A stretch of 64,000 bases of DNA from an uncultured Gammaproteobacteria bacterium (GCA_964355175.1 CAYHBZ010000001.1:304523-368522); one strand, 5' to 3'. Shown: positions 1 through 10,102, counted from the first letter of the stretch. A program made the numbers and translations. The notes: generated by a model not told the origin, from the letters alone.

Positions 1-2708
1 TAGCCGGCATTGCGTTTAGCTCCGATACAAGTCTCACTTTTGGGAATACACATACCATTTTGTTGTCCAACCACACAACATTGATCGTTGACTGCATCCG
101 CACAAGTATTATTATTTTTAGTGCAATCAAATACAGAAAACTGAACAGTGTTACTTTTTTTGGAACCAATAGTGGTAACAAATAATGGACCAGAAGCCAC
201 ACCGCCTCCTGGCTTGGTAGTAATATGATGATTGGTATCAAGTGTGACGAAAGATGTTTCCAAACTTGAAAGCATACTAGAACTAGCCCCAATTTTCCAA
301 AAATAAGCCACATCTATATTTTCTAAATTATCACCATAAATATTCAAGACATTACCGACAAAAGGCACCGGCCCAGAAGGTGGATTAATAGCACAAATAC
401 CCGGTTTGGCATCACCACTCACAGTACGAATGGAAAAATTATTGTTGATTGGACTAAAAGTAACATTGTCGGCTAATTTTATTCTTACCGAAAAATCAAA
501 ATTTAAATCAATCGTGCTTGGTATTTTTACCATTACTTGCCCATCATTCCAAATAGAATTAAATTTTTTACATTCTTGAGGAAAATCAACACTACCAACA
601 ATATTTGGATTGGCGGCGTTGCCATCTTTATTTAAAATTACCGACCCACCCTGCGCTCCAAAATTCTTACCATAAATGACCAAATAATCTCCGCGAGCGG
701 TACTGGTAGCACTCAGAGCAGTAATGATAGGGCCGTTTGGATTAGAACCAGAAATAGAAAACTTTATTCCATTACTATACAGACCACCTTTTTTGGCCTG
801 CACGGTAAAACCACCATTACCCAGACCAACTGGCACAAAACTGCTAATTAAATTTTCATCCCAACTGCCAATTTTTACCTTAGATCCCTGAAAAAATATA
901 CCGTCATTAACTACATTGAGATCAGCCAATTTACCAAACCCTTTACCGGACACTGAAAATGGTTGGCCTTCAAAACCTGCCGCAGGATCTATGGTACAAA
1001 TCCCGGGATGAGAAATATTAGTAAGAGTAAAGACACTGCTGGCTCCCCAGCTATCATTGGTAACATCAGTGCCATTTGTACCACCAACCTCTGTCACTAC
1101 TTTCAGCGGACCGGTGGCAGCAATCGAGGCTGGCACAGAAACTACAATTTGATTATCGGTCCAATATTTAAAATTCGCGCCACAATTTACCGGCATGGCT
1201 TCTACCCATTTGCCACTCGTACTGCTAGCAAAATAAACATGGCCTGGATTTTTTCCAAAATATTTACCAAAAACAGATACATAATCCCCTACCGCTCCAT
1301 TATCCAAAGAAAAATAATCAACTCTTACTTTATTTACACAAACGCCGGTAGCCGCTCCAGCCACCTTTTCACAATAACCACTGGAACAATCGGAATTTTG
1401 TGTACAAATGTCGCCGGCACAAGATCCACACTCACCGCCACAATCGCCAGCCGGACTTGGGAAAGAAAATTTTTCTCCTACACTTTCGTCAAGCTTGTTA
1501 TCATAACAGTGGGTTGGTTTTAAATTTATTGAAAAATTAGTTTTAATTTGATTATTTCCCCAATCTATCCCCAATAAACCAATATTATGAGAACCTAGAG
1601 CTGCTTTGAGGGTGTTCCAATTTACAGTTAATGTGCCACTGGTATCACAATTATTCTGTGGCTGGACAGAAGTAATAAAATTATTATCGGCAATCAAATT
1701 TAATGTTTGCAAACCAACATCATCCTTGTAATCAACTATTACTCCGATAGTATCACCCTGACTAAAACCGTCTCCTGGCTGAGGAAATTTAACGGTAATT
1801 TGCGGAGGCGTAGAGTCGATTTTATCACCTGAAGTAAAACTAACATCACTGCAATTATAGGCACCACTGCAAGAAAGACTTTGCAAACCAGACTTTGTTT
1901 TAATATTGGCAGATTTTGCTATTACAATCTTATAAGGGGTCTTATACTCAAAACAATAATAATTGTTATTATTCAAACACTTAGTGGGAGGAGAAAAATA
2001 TACTTCACGATTATTGCCGCCCTGATAATTCCAAGTACCGTCGACCACACTGTTGGTAAAAGTATTAATTACCTGTATGTTATCCGGATGGCCACCAGCA
2101 CCAAGGTGATTTAAACTGTCGATGTCAACATCTTTATTAAAAACCATTATAGGAGAGTAGTTGGCCACACACACATTGCCGCCAGACGGTTTTTTATTAA
2201 TATGAAAAGATTCACCCGCACTACAGTCGACTCCCTGTGGGCAATCTCCACAGGATGGACATTTACCCCCGCAATTCGCGCCACCTTTGTCTATCTGCGC
2301 TTTACATTCTGGGTTGACTCCACCATTGAATCCGGTGGCTTCTACTAATTTAGTCATCACAAAAGCCACTATAGAATAAGCGGACAAAATAATCGCCAAG
2401 CCAATAGTAGCATTAATTAAGATTTTTTTGGCAGTACCAATCTGCTCTTCATTGCCGCCGGAAGTCATCCATTCATATCCGGCATATAACATCAGCACCA
2501 CCGCCAAAATTCCGAGCAACCCCAAAGCTGATTTAATAATATTGGCCACGATGATACGAATATCCACATGACCAAGACCGGTGGCATCCAAAGGCTGTAG
2601 ACCCAAATCAAGCGGAGCGGCCAGAGCTGAACTAGCAAAAAATAGACCAACGGAAAAAAATATTATACCAGCCGATATTAATAATAATTTTTTAAAATTA
2701 TTTTTCAT
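1..2708 (-). CDS. Giant secreted protein, 5'-partial in window (gene continues past position 1). N-terminal TrbC/VirB2-like T4SS pilin domain followed by multiple IPT/TIG-like Ig-fold repeats and Cys-rich segments
   Basis: My own minus-strand translation from the ATG at 2706-2708 gives MKNNFKKLLLISAG, a signal peptide, then two hydrophobic helices flanking ...YAGYEWMTSGGNEEQIGTAKK... (TrbC/VirB2 topology), then repeated GxxVxVxGxxFG IPT-like modules. No stop codon before the window edge. Absent from the ORF track because it is truncated. Confidence 0.6.
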   Translation of the reverse strand, partial: MKNNFKKLLLISAGIIFFSVGLFFASSALAAPLDLGLQPLDATGLGHVDIRIIVANIIKSALGLLGILAVVLMLYAGYEWMTSGGNEEQIGTAKKILINATIGLAIILSAYSIVAFVMTKLVEATGFNGGVNPECKAQIDKGGANCGGKCPSCGDCPQGVDCSAGESFHINKKPSGGNVCVANYSPIMVFNKDVDIDSLNHLGAGGHPDNIQVINTFTNSVVDGTWNYQGGNNREVYFSPPTKCLNNNNYYCFEYKTPYKIVIAKSANIKTKSGLQSLSCSGAYNCSDVSFTSGDKIDSTPPQITVKFPQPGDGFSQGDTIGVIVDYKDDVGLQTLNLIADNNFITSVQPQNNCDTSGTLTVNWNTLKAALGSHNIGLLGIDWGNNQIKTNFSINLKPTHCYDNKLDESVGEKFSFPSPAGDCGGECGSCAGDICTQNSDCSSGYCEKVAGAATGVCVNKVRVDYFSLDNGAVGDYVSVFGKYFGKNPGHVYFASSTSGKWVEAMPVNCGANFKYWTDNQIVVSVPASIAATGPLKVVTEVGGTNGTDVTNDSWGASSVFTLTNISHPGICTIDPAAGFEGQPFSVSGKGFGKLADLNVVNDGIFFQGSKVKIGSWDENLISSFVPVGLGNGGFTVQAKKGGLYSNGIKFSISGSNPNGPIITALSATSTARGDYLVIYGKNFGAQGGSVILNKDGNAANPNIVGSVDFPQECKKFNSIWNDGQVMVKIPSTIDLNFDFSVRIKLADNVTFSPINNNFSIRTVSGDAKPGICAINPPSGPVPFVGNVLNIYGDNLENIDVAYFWKIGASSSMLSSLETSFVTLDTNHHITTKPGGGVASGPLFVTTIGSKKSNTVQFSVFDCTKNNNTCADAVNDQCCVVGQQNGMCIPKSETCIGAKRNAG

Positions 2709-2709
2709 C

Positions 2710-4788
2710 TTAGTTAATCAGTTTTTTATTAGTCTTTATCCATTCTACACAAGTATCTTTGGTAAAATTATTACCAGCAGAAACCAATCCATCACAACAA
2801 AAATCTTTTCCGCCACTAACTGTTTCACAGCAGGTGTTACCGGGTTTGGTAGGATCACAAGTTGGAGAAATGCGACTTGGTGTAGTGGCCTGAGTTTTAT
2901 CCGGTCCAAGTCCAGGATAAAAACAATTGAAATGCGCGTCCTCTACCGTGGAACTAACCACCGGCATATAAAATTGATTATCCAAAAAGGTCGGATGTTC
3001 CATAGTTACTGTCTGATAATCCAAATTCAGATAAGGTTTGTGATAAGCTGGGATCCATGGCTTTTCCGGAGTAGACACAGTAGGAAATTCTATCAAATCA
3101 ATTGAACTAAGAGATTCAACTCTCATTCGTTTACTAAACACCATCTCCCATTTTTGATTTTTAACTACATAATCTGAATCTGGCGCCGGAGTGATATTCA
3201 CAAGATAAGGAGCGGTAATATCTATTTCGCTATTAATTTTGAAACTCCAATAATTATTATCTGGAACCAACCAGTTATTAAAAACCGGCAAAGTAGTGGT
3301 GGCGGTCTGAGCGGATCCATTTTTATTACCATCAAGAGCGTTACTAGCCAGATCCGATACGCCAGAAAAAGGCTGAGATTGGAATGTGCCGCCCAAAGTT
3401 TTAGCAGCTTTCAAAAGCAAAGTATATTCGTCTTCATTTAGACAAAAAATATCTCCACCGCAGGCATTCACTCCACATTTGAGCGACGGTGTAAATTCTA
3501 GAGTCCGGTAATTATTTACCAAATTAAAACTGCCGGCCGGTAAAATATTTTTTAAATTTTTTAAATATATATACTGATCCGATCCTAGCTTAGGAGCTTT
3601 ATAATATTTAGCTGTGCCAAAAGTAGATGTCGTAAAATCGCCCTGCAAACCGGTAGGATCAACTGCTTCGGAAAAAGTAATTTGAACTACTGAATTTCTA
3701 GCCTCCCCTTTTGGATTATCGGTAATGCTTTTTGGAAACACATCTACTACGGTTGGCGGAGTCAGATCGAGAGTGTTATTGCACACGAATTGCCAAGAAT
3801 AATAATCGTTGCCAAGATTTTGTTTGTTGAAAATAGATGGATAATTATTTTCAGAATTATTTTCTGCGATCTTTTTACCCAGATTGACAGTATACCCTAC
3901 CGATTCGGTTTCACTGCCCAAATAACCACCGTCAGATAAGGAAGAGTTGGTAATTGGTTTGAGAACCAAAGTAAAATGACCTTGGACATTATTGTAACTA
4001 CTTATTGATGACAAAACTACCAAACCAGTAATTGGCTGATTGCTGTCTGTACGCTTGACATTGATATAATCATCCATTAATTTCGATCCTGTGCCAGAAG
4101 GAGTCGTAGTCGCGTGATCACAATCGGTATTCCAATTAAATGTGGCTTTACCAGTGTTAATACAATCACCAAATGTATTGCTACCGTTGGTATCTACTAC
4201 AAAACTTGGCAGATAAACCGGCTTGGCAAAAGTAATCACAATTTTTGTATTACGCGGCACATCTTTTTGATCACGAGCTGGATAGTGATCTTTGACAACT
4301 TTACCCAAAGCACCACTGCCGGCAAAATTATAATTTTGGCTCGGGGCGGTATTGGTAGTACCTTCCGTACCAAAACCGTCTTTTACTCCAAGCATCTTCA
4401 TAATAAACGCCACGATCGAATAAGCGGATAAAATAATCACCAAACCAATCACGGCATTGCGAATAATACTTTTGGCCTGACCGATCTGATCTTCATTACC
4501 ACCGGCGGTCATCCAAAGATAGCCCGCATATAGTATGAGACATACCAAAACAATCCCGACTAAACCCAAAGCCGCGCGAATAATGTTGGCAATAATAATG
4601 CGAATATCAAAATTCGCCAAACCAAGCGGTTCTTGGATTATTTGCAAACCTTCATTGACGGTGTTCTGAGCTAAAGCGGTATTAAAAGACAAAAAAACCG
4701 CCACTAAAATTGCCCCCAATATAGTGACGGTCTTTAATTTATTGTATTTATTTTTTACGATCCATTGAAGCATGGGACAATGGAACAA
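2710..4788 (-). CDS. Secreted protein with N-terminal TrbC/VirB2-like T4SS pilin domain and a large extracellular C-terminal region; paralog of the upstream gene
   Basis: 692-aa ORF. Signal peptide KTVTILGAILVAVFLSFNTALA. The motif IANIIRAALGLVGIVLVCLILYAGYLWMTAGGNEDQIGQAKSIIRNAVIGLVIILSAYSIVAFIM is a two-helix TrbC/VirB2-type pilin fold. The true start is probably at the MLQW Met (about 4773). Confidence 0.6.
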   Translation of the reverse strand: MFHCPMLQWIVKNKYNKLKTVTILGAILVAVFLSFNTALAQNTVNEGLQIIQEPLGLANFDIRIIIANIIRAALGLVGIVLVCLILYAGYLWMTAGGNEDQIGQAKSIIRNAVIGLVIILSAYSIVAFIMKMLGVKDGFGTEGTTNTAPSQNYNFAGSGALGKVVKDHYPARDQKDVPRNTKIVITFAKPVYLPSFVVDTNGSNTFGDCINTGKATFNWNTDCDHATTTPSGTGSKLMDDYINVKRTDSNQPITGLVVLSSISSYNNVQGHFTLVLKPITNSSLSDGGYLGSETESVGYTVNLGKKIAENNSENNYPSIFNKQNLGNDYYSWQFVCNNTLDLTPPTVVDVFPKSITDNPKGEARNSVVQITFSEAVDPTGLQGDFTTSTFGTAKYYKAPKLGSDQYIYLKNLKNILPAGSFNLVNNYRTLEFTPSLKCGVNACGGDIFCLNEDEYTLLLKAAKTLGGTFQSQPFSGVSDLASNALDGNKNGSAQTATTTLPVFNNWLVPDNNYWSFKINSEIDITAPYLVNITPAPDSDYVVKNQKWEMVFSKRMRVESLSSIDLIEFPTVSTPEKPWIPAYHKPYLNLDYQTVTMEHPTFLDNQFYMPVVSSTVEDAHFNCFYPGLGPDKTQATTPSRISPTCDPTKPGNTCCETVSGGKDFCCDGLVSAGNNFTKDTCVEWIKTNKKLIN

Positions 4789-4797
4789 AATTATAAA

Positions 4798-5040
4798 TTA
4801 TCTCTTCTTGGTTTCTTCTGGCAAACGACCAATTTTTTTAAGGTATTCCATTTTTCCAGCTACCTTAAGACTGTGCAAAGCACTTTTGCGACGCATGTTA
4901 CGACTCTTATCTTTGTCGTGATAGCGGATTTTCTTTACCTGTAAAATCTTACCTGACTGCTGCCAACGTTTTTTGACGCGGCGCATGTAGGATTCAAAGG
5001 ATTCGTTTTTTCTTCTTTTTATTTCTGACACAATATTCAC
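4798..5040 (-). CDS. rpsU: 30S ribosomal protein S21
   Basis: 80-aa basic protein; ESFESYMRRVKKRWQQSGKIL...RYHDKDKSRNMRRK matches the S21 family pattern. Confidence 0.8.
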   Translation of the reverse strand: MNIVSEIKRRKNESFESYMRRVKKRWQQSGKILQVKKIRYHDKDKSRNMRRKSALHSLKVAGKMEYLKKIGRLPEETKKR

Positions 5041-5102
5041 CTCCGTTTAAAATTAAAATTTACGGCAGATAGCATAAAAATGCTGTCTTCATTATACCTT
5101 AT

Positions 5103-6530
5103 TTATCGCTTATCGTCAAATCGACCCAACTTTCTTTTTAAGACTGTAACTAATTTTTTTTGATCCACGATTTCTTGAATACCGGATTCCATGTCGCGGA
5201 TGATGGCGGTGCCATCTTGCACTTCTTTTTGACCAATAATTACGGTGAAAGGAGCTTTCAAACTATCAGCCAACTCCATCTGACTCTTGAGCGAGGTTTT
5301 GAAAAAATTAAAAGCAATTTTTACTCCAGCACCGCGTAATTGATTTATTAATTTCAAAGTTACGCGACGAGCCTCTTCTCCCAGCTGAGCCACATAGGCA
5401 TCAGTTGGTACTTTTGGCATTTCACGATTATTTTTTTCATTGTATTGTTTGAGCGCCAAAACCGCGCGCTCGAGACCAATCGCCATACCAGCCGCCGGGG
5501 TTGGACGTCCGCCCATTTCTTCTACCAGCAGATCGTAGCGACCACCGCCACCTAAAGCGCTTTGCGATCCTTCTAAATCATCGGCTGGATAAATTTCAAA
5601 TACGGTATTAGTATAATAATTTAAACCGCGGACCAAAGTGTGATCCAATTGATATGGAATTTCAAGCACATCCAAATATTCCAATACTTTCATGAAATGA
5701 TTTTTGCTTTCCGCTCCGAGCCAATTAATAATTTGTGGCGCTTCTTCTTTTACAGTCTGACAGCCTACTTCTTTACAATCGAGCAGACGCATTGGATTTT
5801 TGGTAATACGCTGACGACACTCTTCGCAAAGATAAGAACGCTTACTGCGATAATAATTCACCAATTCATTTTTATAATTAGCGCGCTCAGCCGAAGTACC
5901 AATACTATTTATTTTTATTTCTACCGGCAAACCTAGATCTTTGAAAAAATCATAAGCTACCAAAATCAATTCGGCATCCATGGCTGGATCATTGGACCCA
6001 AAAGTTTCAAAACCAAACTGGTGAAACTGACGATAGCGACCGGCTTGCGGACGGTCATGACGGAACATTGGCCCCCAGTACCACAGCTTGGTAGGCTGAG
6101 GCATATTCCAGAACCCATGCATAATATAAGCACGCACTACGGAGGCAGTCATTTCTGGACGCATGGCTACTTTGGTGGTATCTTTATCTTCAAAAACATA
6201 CATCTCTTTGTCTACAACATCGGTACCTTTACCAATACCACGTACAAACACGCCTACTTCTTCCAAAATTGGGGTTTCAATACGAGCGAATTGAAAATGT
6301 TCGGCCAAATCAGAAATAGATTTATACATCGGCTTCCAATATTTTTCATCCTTTGGCAAAATATCGTGCATACCGCGCAACAACCCATAAGTACGTTTTC
6401 CTTTTTCAACAACGCCTTCTTTTTCTTTAACAGGCTTAGCGGCTTTCACAATCTTTTTCACTTCTGGTTTTTTCATTTTCATTTTTTTATCTTTAGACAT
6501 AAAAGAAGAATTAATATTTTGGAGCTTCAA
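5103..6530 (-). CDS. hisS: Histidine--tRNA ligase
   Basis: Class II aaRS motifs (RPEMTASVVRAY, FRHDRPQAGRYRQFHQFGFE, GGGRYDLLV). The Lys-rich N-terminal extension may be unreal; an internal start is possible. Confidence 0.9.
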   Translation of the reverse strand: MKLQNINSSFMSKDKKMKMKKPEVKKIVKAAKPVKEKEGVVEKGKRTYGLLRGMHDILPKDEKYWKPMYKSISDLAEHFQFARIETPILEEVGVFVRGIGKGTDVVDKEMYVFEDKDTTKVAMRPEMTASVVRAYIMHGFWNMPQPTKLWYWGPMFRHDRPQAGRYRQFHQFGFETFGSNDPAMDAELILVAYDFFKDLGLPVEIKINSIGTSAERANYKNELVNYYRSKRSYLCEECRQRITKNPMRLLDCKEVGCQTVKEEAPQIINWLGAESKNHFMKVLEYLDVLEIPYQLDHTLVRGLNYYTNTVFEIYPADDLEGSQSALGGGGRYDLLVEEMGGRPTPAAGMAIGLERAVLALKQYNEKNNREMPKVPTDAYVAQLGEEARRVTLKLINQLRGAGVKIAFNFFKTSLKSQMELADSLKAPFTVIIGQKEVQDGTAIIRDMESGIQEIVDQKKLVTVLKRKLGRFDDKR

Positions 6531-7116
6531 AAACTTGAATGCGATTTATAGGCCAACCGCGTAGCCAGGTACGACCAACAATGAGACTGGCGTCCACTTT
6601 TCCGAACCGGCGAGAATCAAAACTATTTTCTCGATTATCCCCCATCATGAAATATTGATCTTTGGAAAGTGACATATTTATTTCACCTTCAGTGACAACA
6701 CTTTTTGGGATATAATTTTCTTCAAGCAATAAACCTTCGGGGTGTTCGTTGTTGTAAATAGTTACTTTATTTTCCGAAATTTTTACGCGTTCACCCGGCA
6801 AACCAATCACGCGCTTGAGAAAATATTCTTGGTGATTGTTTGGATATTTAAATACCACGACATCGCCGCGTTTGGGCGTATGCAGACGGTAACTCAACTC
6901 ATCAATAATGAGGTACTCGTGATCATAAAAATTTGGCTCCATGGAAGCGCCTTTGACGTAAAATGGTTTGAAAAGATAATAGCGTACCAGCGCAATCGTA
7001 ATACCGGCCAGCAGAGCAACTTTGATAAATTCCAAAAGTGCTAATCCGGCTCCAGCTAGATAACGACGCAAATAACGCCACAAATTTGAATTAAATTGAT
7101 TTTTTTCGTCAGTCAT
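6511..7116 (-). CDS. lepB: Signal peptidase I
   Basis: N-terminal TM segment; GASMEPNF (Ser box), RGDVVVFKYP, YFLKRVIGLPGE, GDNRENSFDSRRFG. Confidence 0.85.
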   Translation of the reverse strand: MTDEKNQFNSNLWRYLRRYLAGAGLALLEFIKVALLAGITIALVRYYLFKPFYVKGASMEPNFYDHEYLIIDELSYRLHTPKRGDVVVFKYPNNHQEYFLKRVIGLPGERVKISENKVTIYNNEHPEGLLLEENYIPKSVVTEGEINMSLSKDQYFMMGDNRENSFDSRRFGKVDASLIVGRTWLRGWPINRIQVFEAPKY

Positions 7117-7196
7117 AAATATGTTTAGTAGCCAGTATAATACCCCATTTTTTGCCTTTTGGCAAATTTAAAATCCCGAGCATAATCGGGATTTTG

Positions 7197-7270
7197 TGGG
7201 CGATTGAGGAATCGAACCTCAGACCTCGTCATTATCAGTGACGCGCTCTAACCATCTGAGCTAATCGCCC
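7197..7270 (-). tRNA. tRNA-Ile (anticodon GAU)
   Basis: The reverse complement gggcgattagctcagatggttagagcgcgtcactgataatgacgaggtctgaggttcgattcctcaatcgccca folds as a cloverleaf. Anticodon loop is cuGAUaa. Confidence 0.85.
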
Positions 7271-7321
7271 TTTTAATTAAAAAGACTATATCATTTCTCC
7301 CACGAAAAATCAAGACTTCGT

Positions 7322-7395
7322 GGGCGACAGAGGATTTGAACCTCTGACCTTTACAATGTCAATGTAACGCTCTAACCAACTGAGCTAGTCGCCCT
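7322..7395 (-). tRNA. tRNA-Val (anticodon GAC)
   Basis: The reverse complement gggcgactagctcagttggttagagcgttacattgacattgtaaaggtcagaggttcaaatcctctgtcgccca has anticodon stem ttaca/tgtaa and loop ttGACat. Confidence 0.85.
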
Positions 7396-7592
7396 TAAAA
7401 CAGATGGATTGTAGCAGATGTTACTAAAAAAATCAAGATGAGATTGGTTTTAATGTGCTGGTAGCAAAACTGTTCCGAGCGGCCATACGACTGCCGCAGC
7501 GCAACCTGCCAGGGCCTAACTCTGAGGAAAGCGATAAATACTTTTGGTACCGGCAAAAAACCAAAATCTGCGAGATAATGTTACAGGGGAAT

Positions 7593-8561
7593 TTAAAAAA
7601 TTTTTTTCAAATAATTCAATACATAGTCCCTTACGCCATCTTCCAATTCCCAGAATTTATCATGGTAACCCGCATCCCGCAGTAAATTAATTTCTGCTTT
7701 GGTATAATATTGATATTTATCCTTCAAATCTTCGGGCATTTCTATAAATTTAATCTTGGTCTCTTTTTCCAAAGCAGAAAAAATTGCTTTTGCCAAATCA
7801 GAGAAAGATCTGCTTTTCCCAGTACCAACATTAAAGATTCCATTGACGTTTGGATTCTTTAAAAAATATAAAACAACTTTTACCACATCCTTAACATATA
7901 TAAAATCCCTTAGCTGGCCGCCGTTAGAATATTCTTTATTGTAAGATTTAAACAATTTTATTTCATTAGTCTGAACTATTTGTTTGAAACCGTTAAGTAC
8001 TACCGAAGCCATTCTGCCTTTGTGATATTCATAAGGTCCATAAACGTTAAAAAATTTTAGACCCACCCACTGTGGTGGCCGCACTTTTTGCGCTAAAACC
8101 CAAAGATCAAATAAGTGTTTTGATTGGCCATACAAATTCAACGGCTCCAACTCAAAAATATTGTCATCAAAACCACGACTGCCGTCTCCGTAAGTGGCTG
8201 CAGAAGAAGCATATATAAATTGAATGTCTTTCTTCACACAATAATTAAATAGATGCTTACTATATTCATAGTTGGTTTGTAAAATAAAATCCTTATCATC
8301 TTCAGTAGTATCTGAACATGCTCCCATATGTATAATAGCTTTGATGTCAAAAAAATTATCTGATTTTATAGCTAACAAAAATTCATCCCTATCAAAATAT
8401 TTATCATATTTTAAGATTCCCAAATTCTTTCTCTTTGCATCATCAAGCAGATAGTCAACTATTATAATATCGTTGATCAACCCGGCATCATTTAGCGTCT
8501 TGATTATATTGGCACCAATAAATCCAGCCCCTCCTGTGATTATTAATTTGCTATTTGACAT
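7593..8561 (-). CDS. hldD: ADP-L-glycero-D-manno-heptose-6-epimerase (NAD-dependent epimerase/dehydratase family)
   Basis: TGGAGFIG Rossmann motif; MGACSDTTE; YASSAATYG; FNVYGPYEYHKGRMASVV; GIFNVGTGKSRSF. These are collinear with the HldD/RfaD family. Confidence 0.8.
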   Translation of the reverse strand: MSNSKLIITGGAGFIGANIIKTLNDAGLINDIIIVDYLLDDAKRKNLGILKYDKYFDRDEFLLAIKSDNFFDIKAIIHMGACSDTTEDDKDFILQTNYEYSKHLFNYCVKKDIQFIYASSAATYGDGSRGFDDNIFELEPLNLYGQSKHLFDLWVLAQKVRPPQWVGLKFFNVYGPYEYHKGRMASVVLNGFKQIVQTNEIKLFKSYNKEYSNGGQLRDFIYVKDVVKVVLYFLKNPNVNGIFNVGTGKSRSFSDLAKAIFSALEKETKIKFIEMPEDLKDKYQYYTKAEINLLRDAGYHDKFWELEDGVRDYVLNYLKKIF

Positions 8562-8643
8562 ATTTAAAAAACAATAATAACACTTTAATAACTTCTGCCA
8601 GATGATAACCTATCTAAAAAAATAACTTTTTTCATAGAGCAAA

Positions 8644-9951
8644 TTAACTGTCCATTTTTCTACTTTCTTCTAAACGATAAGAATCACTTTCTTCGTGATG
8701 AGTACTTATTTCCAAAATTTCTGATTCATCCAAACCGCCAAAACGATGCTTCACGCCTTGAAAAATCCTCACGAAACTTCCGGGCAACATTTCACTAACA
8801 CTATCACCTACCTCCATACGCACTTTGCCTTTTAGAACTAGAAACATTTCATCTTTATTTTTGTGATAATGCAAACTACATTGAAAACCTTTATTCAAGC
8901 CCAAAATCTTACTACAATAAGAGTCGTTATTTTCCAACCATTTTTCATAGCCCCAGACTTTTTTTACAATAAAAACATCATCGATATGCCTTTGAGTGTT
9001 GGTAAGGACGGAAAGCAGTTCTGATTTATTTATTACCGACGTACCAGATTTTTGGACAACAATTTCACCGGCGCAATTTGACAGATAAGCAGCGGTCTCC
9101 AGGTCCGCCCCAGATAAAATTGAAGCGAACGCGACGGCCGCGATTGTGTCTCCAGCACCCGTAACATCGTATACCTTTACAGCTCTAGCCTTAATTTGTT
9201 TTAAATTCCCTTTTTTATCTGCAAGCAAAATTCCTTCACCACCTAGGGTTAAAAACACATCAGCGTTAAATATTTTTACCAAATTAATCGCTGCGTTGGT
9301 ATATGTATTCTCTCCAGTCATTTCTTGCGCTTCTTTCAAATTGGGACTAAGATAATCAACTCCTTTAAATAACAGATGTCGGCCTGGTTTAATATCAGCG
9401 AAGACTAACTTCTTGTTATTCCTACATAACTCCAACAGACGCTCAACTAAAATAGGAGCAAACAAACCCTTGGCATAATCCGATATCATTACACCATCAA
9501 CATTTTCAATTACTTTTGATATTTTATTTATAAACTCTTCAACTTCTGTTTCAGGTATATCATTGGTGTCTTCAATATCTACTCTCAGCAGTTGCTGACC
9601 TGTAGCCACAAAACGATGTTTAACCGTTGTAGGATATTTGGAAGAACTTATTATGCCTGAATAATCAATACCAACTTCTGACAACATTTCCAAAATTTTT
9701 TTTCCAAAAAAATCGGATCCAACGATACCAGCTAAAAAGACCTGCACCCCCAAAGCTGAAAAATTATTGGCCACATTAGCCCCACCGCCCAGTCGATAAT
9801 AGTCGTCTTTATTCTTTCTAAGAACCGAAACTGGCGCCTCCGGTGAAATTCTTTGAACTTCTCCATTCGTATATACATCCAACATGATATCACCTATAAC
9901 TAAAATTTTTTTATCCTTAAATTTCTCTAATATTTGGGCTATACTTAGCAT
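8644..9951 (-). CDS. D-beta-D-heptose 7-phosphate kinase-like domain (HldE domain I, PfkB family) fused to a C-terminal cupin domain
   Basis: N-terminal about 320 aa: ILVIGDIMLDVY..RISPEAPV, ISDYAKG, DVTGAGDT (RfaE/HldE kinase). C-terminal about 110 aa: WGYEKWL...HYHKNKDEMFLVLKG...GVKHRF is a cupin metal-site pattern. No adenylyltransferase domain is present. Confidence 0.7.
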   Translation of the reverse strand: MLSIAQILEKFKDKKILVIGDIMLDVYTNGEVQRISPEAPVSVLRKNKDDYYRLGGGANVANNFSALGVQVFLAGIVGSDFFGKKILEMLSEVGIDYSGIISSSKYPTTVKHRFVATGQQLLRVDIEDTNDIPETEVEEFINKISKVIENVDGVMISDYAKGLFAPILVERLLELCRNNKKLVFADIKPGRHLLFKGVDYLSPNLKEAQEMTGENTYTNAAINLVKIFNADVFLTLGGEGILLADKKGNLKQIKARAVKVYDVTGAGDTIAAVAFASILSGADLETAAYLSNCAGEIVVQKSGTSVINKSELLSVLTNTQRHIDDVFIVKKVWGYEKWLENNDSYCSKILGLNKGFQCSLHYHKNKDEMFLVLKGKVRMEVGDSVSEMLPGSFVRIFQGVKHRFGGLDESEILEISTHHEESDSYRLEESRKMDS

Positions 9952-10040
9952 AAAATTCTATTTCTACGTACTAATTTTACTTTATAATTTATAATTAATA
10001 CCCTATAATTATAACGCTAAAAACTGCCGAGGTCAATATG

Positions 10041-10072
10041 AAAATCAAAAAATCAGCTTGGTAGCTGATTTT
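10041..10072 (-). terminator. Putative intrinsic terminator downstream of the 16S rRNA
   Basis: Hairpin aatcagct-tggt-agctgatt followed on the minus strand by a U-run. Confidence 0.4.
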
Positions 10073-10073
10073 C

Positions 10074-10102
10074 GCTTGACTTCATAAATGTGACAAAGAA
10101 CC
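10074..10102 (-). promoter_or_regulatory. 3' half of the long-range pre-16S processing stem (pairs with 11838-11865)
   Basis: gcttgacttcataaatgtgacaaagaacc is complementary to ggtctttgtcacatttatgttgtcaagg in the 16S leader over about 28 bp. Confidence 0.5.

Noticed and set aside
963-2114. + strand ORFs (963-1523, 1881-2114), and similarly 4114-4431, 5640-6551, 13791-17210, 18628-21570, 23894-25627, 39044-41799, 43816-51138 and 56561-62586
   Set aside because: All are antisense to long, well-supported minus-strand genes. Their products are low-complexity, and there are no RBS or promoter signals. They are frame artefacts.
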